Source: Acaryochloris marina MBIC11017 | GTDB taxonomy: Bacteria > Cyanobacteriota > Cyanobacteriia > Thermosynechococcales > Thermosynechococcaceae | Length of the DNA stretch: 32,000 nucleotides | Direction: 5' to 3' | NCBI RefSeq assembly: GCF_000018105.1 | Contig: NC_009925.1 | Span: 5,880,001-5,912,000 of the forward strand | In this document: in pieces, positions 25,823 to 32,000 of the stretch | Layout: every line of letters starts with the position of its first letter | Position numbering within the stretch: the first letter of the stretch is position 1 | Program-made: the position numbers and the translations under genes | The notes under the pieces: generated by a model | Databases searched by the model: none | Told to the model about the DNA's origin: nothing | Seen by the model: only the letters and a program-made list of their open reading frames with translations

Positions 25823-26104
25823 AAACAAAAATTTCTCATAGGAATAAAATAATCGATTTAATCGGGTGACTAATTTAATCGCTCTTTTGAGTGTCGATCC
25901 CATTTACCTTGCTGGCTAATTGGGATAAGAGTGGAATCATGATTTAGCTGGTGTTTATGCTCATCGTTACTCATCAATCTATCTCGGCTTGGCGTTAGAT
26001 GAGTCAAATAAGGGACGCATTAATAGTACAAATAAACTAATATGGTTGTTGGCACGATTTTCTACAAGCCTCTCTGTCAATATGAATGATTCATTCAGCC
26101 ATTC

Positions 26105-26371
26105 ATGAGTAGTTCATCTCTATTGCTGTCTCGTAAAGATGCCTTGCACATTCTGTCTGAGGAGCGAGGACGCTCTCCTGCCCATCCTCTTGACCCTAGC
26201 CTGATCAGCAAGTGGTGCGCAGATTTGGGCTTTGCTTCGGGCCTGCAGGAGTTTGATGAAGCACAGATGGCTCAACTAAGAGCGATGAATCAGCACTACT
26301 TCCAGGGGGGTAGCAGGATTGAGCTTCTTGAAAAGATGAGGAATCCCAAATGGTATCAATCACCGAACTGA
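26105..26371 (+). CDS. Small hypothetical protein, first gene of the 26.1-32 kb operon
   Basis: 88-aa ORF. Its stop overlaps the next in-frame ATG as TGATG (26369-26373). Confidence 0.45.
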   Translation: MSSSSLLLSRKDALHILSEERGRSPAHPLDPSLISKWCADLGFASGLQEFDEAQMAQLRAMNQHYFQGGSRIELLEKMRNPKWYQSPN

Positions 26372-26868
26372 TGAAATATGGCAGTCGTCGCAAAGTCGAG
26401 GCGATCGCAGCTGAACTCGGCTACCCCAAAGCCGATGAATACCCAGAAGAAGTCCTAGAAGAAGTTCAGAAAAGAATCAGTACCAAGAAACAGTCCGTCA
26501 GTTCTAAAGCCCACACTGCAGCCGATTCTGAGACGGAAGCCGAAGCACAGCAGGATCTTCGCTATGTGCAAGAGGCCGCTGAGCACCGAGCCGCAGGGCT
26601 GCTGATTTCCTTAGATGCCCTGACTATGATGCATTGTGCCTCGCGCCAGTTCACAGATCCCAAACTGCAACAGGCCGTCAACGACTCCCAAACCCAGCTC
26701 AAACAAATGCTTACAGGCGTAGCTGTCTACTATGACCCCGACCATTTTTTATCCCCCACCCCGCTAGCCCAGATCACGGCTGGGGGGAATGGTTCGACAC
26801 AATCTCCGAAATCGCTCAATGGCAAGCCAAGCGACTCCGAGCTGAACGTCGTCGAAGTCGTTTGCTAA
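26371..26868 (+). CDS. Acidic hypothetical protein
   Basis: ORF 26350-26868. The start is placed at ATG 26371 because of the TGATG coupling with the upstream stop. No recognisable domain. Confidence 0.45.
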   Translation: MKYGSRRKVEAIAAELGYPKADEYPEEVLEEVQKRISTKKQSVSSKAHTAADSETEAEAQQDLRYVQEAAEHRAAGLLISLDALTMMHCASRQFTDPKLQQAVNDSQTQLKQMLTGVAVYYDPDHFLSPTPLAQITAGGNGSTQSPKSLNGKPSDSELNVVEVVC

Positions 26869-26882
26869 CGGTCTTGATTGCT

Positions 26883-26915
26883 GCGATGGCCGAAGGCCGG
26901 TCGGAGACCATCGCA
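26883..26915. repeat. 33-nt palindrome-containing repeat, copy 1 (intergenic)
   Basis: GCGATGGCCGAAGGCCGGTCGGAGACCATCGCA. The termini GCGATGG/CCATCGC are inverted repeats and the core is GGCC-GAA-GGCC. It matches 29940-29972 at 31 of 33 positions. Confidence 0.8.
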
Positions 26916-26991
26916 ATCGGTATCACTATCATCCTCACTAGAACTCCAGGGGATCCCCACAAAACGGAACCCCCAATCGGAACTGAACAAA

Positions 26992-27927
26992 ATGCCGATT
27001 AAACGCCACAAACGCCGACTCGCCAATGGAGAAGAGCGCGTCTATCTCTATGCCGTATCCAAGGATGGCTCTCAGAGAAGATCCCTATCCAGCGTTCCTG
27101 CCAGTTCCGTTTCCCTTCCCCTCTATAGAAAGGCAGAAAAAAATCGTATCGTTGCTGCTTTACAAGCCAACTCTAGCTTGTTGGTTGTCGGTGAAGCGGG
27201 CATCGGCAAAAGTGTTCTGGGTGAAGCTGTGGCTGAGGAGTTGCAGGAGTTAGGTTTTATGGTTGCGATCGCACATCCTCTGACCGCCAAACAAGCCTAT
27301 CTGGATATAGCCCAGCAATTGGGTGTAGAGACAGAAACCATAGAGGGAAGATCCCTGACCTCGAACCAGTTATCGACTGCGATCTCAGAATGGCTGAAAG
27401 ACAATACCGCTTTTATTATCTGTGATGATGCCCATCGGTATACGGTTCAGTTTCGTACCTGGCTCGCTCAGCTCCATGAGCAAGGTCAATCTCTATTGCT
27501 ATTGGCAACATTCCCACCAGCCCGAGATATTTTTCTAAAGTTGCCTCGGATCGAACTCAAACCCCTTACCGATAAGCCCATCCGTCAGATTATGCGTTCC
27601 ATGGCTCAAAGCCTCGGTATCGATATGATGCCGTCTCAATTGTCCAAGTTGCAGCAGCGCTGTGGTGGTAATCCCATGCTGGCTCAGCGAGTGGTCAGGG
27701 AGGAATATCTGGGCCTGGATGCTACCAACCCGGACCACACCCAATGGATTGATGGCACTCCGTTTCTGATCGCCGGACTGATGGTTCTGGTGATTACTCG
27801 CTTTATTGGTCTGGGCCTTAACAGTACCAGCCTCTATTTAATCGGTGGCATTCTCACGGTGGCAGTCGGGGTAATTCGTCTATTGGTTTATGCCATGCCC
27901 CGCAAGTCAGGGAAGTTAGGCCGATGA
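26992..27927 (+). CDS. AAA-type P-loop ATPase with a C-terminal double transmembrane anchor
   Basis: Walker A GEAGIGKS and Walker B AFIICDDAH. C-terminal hydrophobic helices FLIAGLMVLVITRFIGLGL and LYLIGGILTVAVGVIRLLVYA. Start set at ATG 26992; track TTG 26878 would read through the 33-nt repeat. Confidence 0.75.
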   Translation: MPIKRHKRRLANGEERVYLYAVSKDGSQRRSLSSVPASSVSLPLYRKAEKNRIVAALQANSSLLVVGEAGIGKSVLGEAVAEELQELGFMVAIAHPLTAKQAYLDIAQQLGVETETIEGRSLTSNQLSTAISEWLKDNTAFIICDDAHRYTVQFRTWLAQLHEQGQSLLLLATFPPARDIFLKLPRIELKPLTDKPIRQIMRSMAQSLGIDMMPSQLSKLQQRCGGNPMLAQRVVREEYLGLDATNPDHTQWIDGTPFLIAGLMVLVITRFIGLGLNSTSLYLIGGILTVAVGVIRLLVYAMPRKSGKLGR

Positions 27928-28178
27928 TGATTGTCACTCATACTGCCCTGAGTATTGCCGGGACTGCCTTAACGATGGGAACAGCAGATCCAGTTGTACT
28001 GGGAGCGGCTGCCCTAGCAGCCCAGCTCCCAGATATGGATACGAGTAAATCTCTGCCAGGCAGAATTCTCTTCCCGGTGAGTAGATGGTTAGAGAAACGC
28101 TTTCCCCATCGGTCGGTGACCCATAGCTTTATTGCTACCGGGTTGATTGCTTTCATTTCTACGCCCCTGATGTTTATA

Positions 28179-29259
28179 AGCAGATGAACAAAATTAATTA
28201 CATAGAATTTCCTGGTTGTAAACTACCTGAGTCCTCTGTTTACATCCATTGATTTGATGTTATTAGTCCGTCCTATCTCCACCGAAAGCTTACGCTTATT
28301 GCATCGGATTTATCACAGTAGTCGCCATCATCAGGTCAGACAACGCGCCCATTGCCTCATTTTGTTCGCCCAGGGTTGGCCCCCCTACACCTTAGCCTCC
28401 CTTTTTAGTGTGAGTCCTAAAACGGTTTACAACTGGCTTAAGGCTTGGAACAACCGAGGATTTGCAGGACTCTATAATCACCCAGGTCGAGGTCGAAAAC
28501 CGATGTTTAATCCCGACCAACAACAGCAGATTTATGAGTGGACTCAGGCATCTCCCATCCAACTCAATCAGGTGTTAGCTCAGATTGAACAACAGTGGTC
28601 AGTACGCGTGTCAAAGGCCACAGTTAAACGCGTCTTGAAGCAGATGGACATGAGCTGGCATCGCTTTCGCCAAGGGACATCAGGCCAGCCTTTATATGCC
28701 CACTACCTCGAAAAAAACAGCAGTTAGAACATCTCAAGGAACAGGAAGAGAAGGGAGACATCCATCTATTCTTTATGGATGAGAGTGGTTTTTCGTTAGT
28801 CCCCTGTATTCCCTATGGATGGCAACCCATAGGGACGTATCTGGAAATACCGACTCGTTCAAGTAAACGCTTGAATGTTCTGGGGTTTTTGAGTCGACGA
28901 CAAGGGCTACATGCTTATACATCAGAACAGACCATCACCAGTGAGGTTGTCAGTCATTGCATTGATACCTTTTTTGCTGACGTGGAGTTGCCCACCGTCA
29001 TTGTGGTGGATCAAGCCCCTATCCATACGAGCCAATCAATCTATGAGATGAAAGCAGAGTGGGCCGAACGGGGAATTACCTTGTTTGAGTTGCCAAGCTA
29101 TTCTCCCCATCTAAATTTGATTGAGCGTCTGTGGCAATTCATGAAATATCAGTGGATTGAAATGAGTGCCTACTGGGGGTGGTCATCTTTGGTCGAATAT
29201 GTGGAAAGAGTTTTGAAAGCCTACGGCGATGATTATGTAATTAATTTTAGCTAGGTGCT
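28179..29259 (+). mobile_element. IS630-family insertion sequence, copy 2 (unrelated in sequence to copy 1)
   Basis: Terminal inverted repeats AGCA...AAAATTAATTACATA, 20 of 26 positions matching. TA target-site duplication at 28177-28178 and 29260-29261. Confidence 0.85.
28257..29254 (+). CDS. IS630-family transposase, -1 frameshift at the A7 run 28711-28717
   Basis: ORF1 is the HTH part (to 28727). The -1 frame reads KKQQLEHLKEQEEKGDIHLFFMDESGF..., with VVDQAPIH and YSPHLNLIERLW (DDE). Confidence 0.8.
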
Positions 29260-29939
29260 TAAGACAGCCTATTTGGCAAGCGGTTGTCTTAGGTTATTTC
29301 TTTGGTTGGTTTGGGGATGTATTTACAAAGTCTGGGGTCTGTGCGTTTTATCCCAGCTCTGCTCGCTTGGTAATTCCGGGTAATCCTCGCATGAGGTTGT
29401 CTACTGGCAGTGGTGCTGAAGTTTTTGTTTTTGTAGCTCTATTGGCGGTGGCGATCGCAACCATAAACATCAACAGCAATGGAGGTGTATTAACTGCCTT
29501 TAACAAAGTGCTGGGTGTTCCCAGTGGTGCCGTGGAAATTGTGGGTGAAGAGGGGAGTAAATATCTGATGATTGCCCAAATCCGTGGCCGGAATGCCATT
29601 ACCCAACAACGCATTGATGCCAGCTTTGAGGTCATTAAGCCCCTGACTCAGAATGATTTGCTAGTCAAAGATAAACAGGGAATTGTCTATCGAGCGGGCG
29701 TTAGTCAAGAGTCTCAAATTCTGGCGAGTCAGATTCAAGTACAGCGAAGTTCACCTATTTCAGTTCAGCTTCAATCCATCAATTTGGATAGTGATGATGT
29801 TTACGCTGCTGTTGAAAATTTACCCCCAGAACGCACCTATATTACCGGGACTTTGACCATCGAAGATTCTGAGGATTTGCAACTGCGAACCAATCCGCAG
29901 CAGTTCAACTCAATCACGTTACAGCCTGCCCAAGGATAC

Positions 29940-29972
29940 GCGATGGCCGAAGGCCGGTCGAAGACCATTGCA
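29940..29972. repeat. 33-nt palindrome-containing repeat, copy 2 (inside the coding sequence)
   Basis: GCGATGGCCGAAGGCCGGTCGAAGACCATTGCA. It lies in the C-terminal domain of the disrupted hydrolase gene and is translated as AMAEGRSKTIA. Confidence 0.8.
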
Positions 29973-30057
29973 CATCTCGTATCAGCCAGTCCCCAAGAAG
30001 TTGCTCAGCAGCTCGGCTCCTACTTTGCCACTGGATCGCTCATTGTGAGGACCATCA

Positions 30058-31155
30058 ATGTTCGCTCGTGAGAAACCTTTACCCCAAGCTGTACTCAGCC
30101 CCAATGCTCCACAGGCTAATGATCTGATCGAGGAAGATGGAATTCGGTTGGGTAGCGCCTATTGGAATCCTGAGATTCTACCCAATGGGCATATTGTGGC
30201 GATTGGTGCCAGTGGATCGGGTAAGACGCAGACCCTAAAAGCGATCTCCTTTGCAATGCACCAGACCTATCCTCAAATCCAAGTCATCTTGATCGACTTT
30301 CATGGTGATCAAGATATTGCGGGTGAAACCTGCTTCCCCCTTCATATGAATAGTGATTGGGGGATTAATTTGCTGGTGTTGAATTTGGATCCCGAAGGTG
30401 GGGGTCCCAACTTACAGTCGATCCAGGTGGTAGCGCTGTTGAAAAAGACCTTGCGGCTGGGTCCTAATCAGGAGGGTCTTGCGTTGGAAGTTTTGGGAGA
30501 GTGCTATCACCGTCGAGGCATTCTTCAATCTGATAGTTCGACCTGGACGCGTGAGCCACCCAACTTTACGGATGTGCAAAGAGTAATTGAGGACCGAATT
30601 GAGAATGGCTGCAAGGATAGTCAGAAATTACAACTCAAGCTGGCAGCGACCTTTATCTATGGCATTTTCAATCGCGCTCAGCCGGAGTTGAGTGAGAAGC
30701 TGATTCGGATTGATTTATCGAAGTTACCGCCTGAGTTAGCGGCAATCGCTGCTGAATCTTTGGCTCGTCAACTGATGAACAATCATAGATTACAGGGAGA
30801 GATTGAAGGTAAGCTACCTTACACCTATTTATTCATTGATGAAGCTAAAGAGATGCCCAAGATCGCTGGTTCGGCTTGCGATCGCATTATCGCTGATGGT
30901 CGCAAATACGGGTTAGCCCTAGTTCTGGCGTCCCAGTCTGAACGCCATCTCAGCCTAGATGTGATTGGCAACTCTGCGACCAAGATTGTCTTGCCCGTAG
31001 ATCAGACTGAGGCCAAGAAAGTGGCTCGAAAGTTTCGATTTGCAGAACAGAAGGTCGCTCAGTTAAAGCCATTGACAGCATTATGTCGATTTGGGACTCA
31101 AGCTCAACAGGTAGAGATCATCCCTTATTTTCAGAGGATCCAGGAGGAGCGTTGA
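30058..31155 (+). CDS. HerA/FtsK-superfamily (DUF87-like) P-loop ATPase
   Basis: Walker A GASGSGKT, Walker B YLFIDEAKE, and GRKYGLALVLASQS as in HerA-like ATPases. The start overlaps the upstream gene by 14 nt. Confidence 0.75.
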   Translation: MFAREKPLPQAVLSPNAPQANDLIEEDGIRLGSAYWNPEILPNGHIVAIGASGSGKTQTLKAISFAMHQTYPQIQVILIDFHGDQDIAGETCFPLHMNSDWGINLLVLNLDPEGGGPNLQSIQVVALLKKTLRLGPNQEGLALEVLGECYHRRGILQSDSSTWTREPPNFTDVQRVIEDRIENGCKDSQKLQLKLAATFIYGIFNRAQPELSEKLIRIDLSKLPPELAAIAAESLARQLMNNHRLQGEIEGKLPYTYLFIDEAKEMPKIAGSACDRIIADGRKYGLALVLASQSERHLSLDVIGNSATKIVLPVDQTEAKKVARKFRFAEQKVAQLKPLTALCRFGTQAQQVEIIPYFQRIQEER

Positions 31156-31156
31156 T

Positions 31157-31444
31157 TTGATTTCAAGAGTTAGAGCCGTCATCAGAAACAATGTTCCGGC
31201 TTGGCTAAATGTGGAGGTGAACCGATATTTTATTCAGAATTTGCGGGAGGCATTAACGCCGCCTACACCCTCCAAGTCGTTTGGTCCCCATTGGCGACGA
31301 ATTGCTCAGGTCTATAAAGCGTTGGATCAGGCAGAAGCAGGGGCTACATACTCTACGTTGATTCAGCATGTTCGACAGGTGACGGGGACAGGATGTTCAA
31401 GAAAGCTGATTGCCAAATGGAAGCGAGAACGGGGATTACGATAG
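31157..31444 (+). CDS. Small basic protein with a putative C-terminal HTH
   Basis: TTG start 8 nt after a strong GGAGGA (31143-31148) and 1 nt after the upstream stop. C-terminus YSTLIQHVRQVTGTGCSRKLIAKWKRERG. Confidence 0.5.
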   Translation: MISRVRAVIRNNVPAWLNVEVNRYFIQNLREALTPPTPSKSFGPHWRRIAQVYKALDQAEAGATYSTLIQHVRQVTGTGCSRKLIAKWKRERGLR

Positions 31445-32000
31445 CGTTGCTAATGGTGGGGTGCGCTCAGCCCCAGATTTCAAATGAAACTACTGAGACG
31501 ATTGCGGCTGTGTCGCCCACCAGTAAACCTCGACCAGCACCTCCCCAAAAAAATACTCCTCGACGATTAAAGATGCGGTTGACCTTAGATCGGCCAGAAG
31601 ATTTGAAGGTAAAGGTTGGTGATGAAGTTGTAAAGGGGCAACTTCTGAGCGATCGTTCCGTAATCCGAACCAGACTTATGCGGAAGCGAAACATTGTGCG
31701 CCGCAAACTTAAGCAACTTCAAAGGCCAGCCATATCTTCCCTCTCTGCAGTGGAGAAAGCTGAGGTGGAGCAAGCCCGCTTCAATGTGGAACAGGCGAGA
31801 AGTGCAATCTCAGCTTTCCATGCCGATTCTCCCTGGACAGACTATGCCCGCTCCGTGCTGCCAATTTCTGAGAATATTCCATTGAGACAATTGCAGAACC
31901 AGTATCTGCAAGCCAAGGGAGAGCTTGCAATCGCAATTGCCAAGCTACAGGACTCTCAGCAGAGAAATAAAGTTCTACAGCATTCTTCGACTCAAACAGG
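31417..32000 (+). CDS. HlyD/membrane-fusion-protein-like lipoprotein; C-terminus runs off the window
   Basis: Not in the track because it is open-ended. Hand translation gives MEARTGITIALLMVGCAQP (lipobox-like MVGC), a lipoyl-like half-motif LKVKVGDEVVKGQLLS, then coiled-coil-type sequence. The start is uncertain (31393, 31417 or 31453). Confidence 0.55.
   Translation, partial: MEARTGITIALLMVGCAQPQISNETTETIAAVSPTSKPRPAPPQKNTPRRLKMRLTLDRPEDLKVKVGDEVVKGQLLSDRSVIRTRLMRKRNIVRRKLKQLQRPAISSLSAVEKAEVEQARFNVEQARSAISAFHADSPWTDYARSVLPISENIPLRQLQNQYLQAKGELAIAIAKLQDSQQRNKVLQHSSTQT

Larger units (their letters stand above)
27924..30071 (+). pseudogene. YdjM/DUF457-type membrane metal-dependent hydrolase fused to a ~165-aa C-terminal domain, interrupted by IS630 copy 2
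   Basis: The N-part (27924-28178) has LPDMDTSKSLPGR and HRSVTHSF. The C-part (29262-30071) continues in frame with GYFFGWFGDVFTKSGVCAFYP. Removing 28179-29261 (1083 nt = 361 codons) restores one continuous ORF: ...TPLMFI-RQPIWQAVVLGY... Confidence 0.8.

Noticed and set aside
26878-26991. TTG-initiated 38-aa N-terminal extension of the AAA ATPase.
   Set aside because: It reads straight through the 33-nt palindromic repeat (as LRWPKAGRRPSQ) and is Ser/Arg-rich. The ATG at 26992 is the more plausible start.
1-32000. Looked for CRISPR arrays, rRNA, additional tRNAs, reverse transcriptase/DGR or retron signatures, and toxin-antitoxin pairs.
   Set aside because: I saw no regularly spaced direct repeats, rRNA-like segments, RT motifs or convincing small two-gene cassettes by eye. 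tRNA-Arg(CCG) is the only RNA gene I can support.

Overview
The window looks like a cyanobacterial chromosome segment. It has ten copies of the HIP1 octamer GCGATCGC, phycobiliprotein-fold genes, a DUF2949-type gene and prepilin-type genes. All calls come from reading the sequence and hand translation; no searches were run.

Layout, left to right:
- 1-4228: housekeeping-type genes. These are an HpnJ-like B12/radical-SAM gene that runs off the left edge, a GT4 glycosyltransferase, and a COG0523 (CobW-like) GTPase with a 48-residue His/Asp tract.
- 4305-4377: tRNA-Arg(CCG). It is followed directly by an integrative-element module at 4.4-9.3 kb: tyrosine integrase, excisionase-like HTH, primase-helicase and a CI/LexA-type repressor. 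I could not find the right-hand att site.
- 9.45-14.35 kb: an eight-gene minus-strand operon. It holds two copies each of a V4R protein, a phycobiliprotein-fold protein and an extended 2Fe-2S ferredoxin-like protein, plus a triple-repeat protein and a membrane coiled-coil/TPR protein. I consider this the best candidate for an undescribed system.
- 14.35-15.37 kb: a 1-kb AT-rich spacer with repeated ATTACGG motifs.
- 15.9-17.6 kb: an IS5/IS1182-type IS.
- 18.7-23.2 kb: a minor-pilin operon.
- 23306-24248: an IS630-type IS with a -1 frameshift site.
- 24.8-26.1 kb: a gene-poor stretch.
- 26.1-32.0 kb: a second candidate system, a tightly overlapping plus-strand operon. It encodes two small proteins, a membrane-anchored AAA ATPase, a YdjM-type membrane hydrolase fusion, a HerA/FtsK-like ATPase, a small HTH protein and a HlyD-like lipoprotein. 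The hydrolase gene is split by a second IS630 element at 28179-29259, and the split can be reconstructed exactly.

No CRISPR array or rRNA was seen. The ORF track omits ORFs that run off the window ends; both edge genes were found by hand translation.
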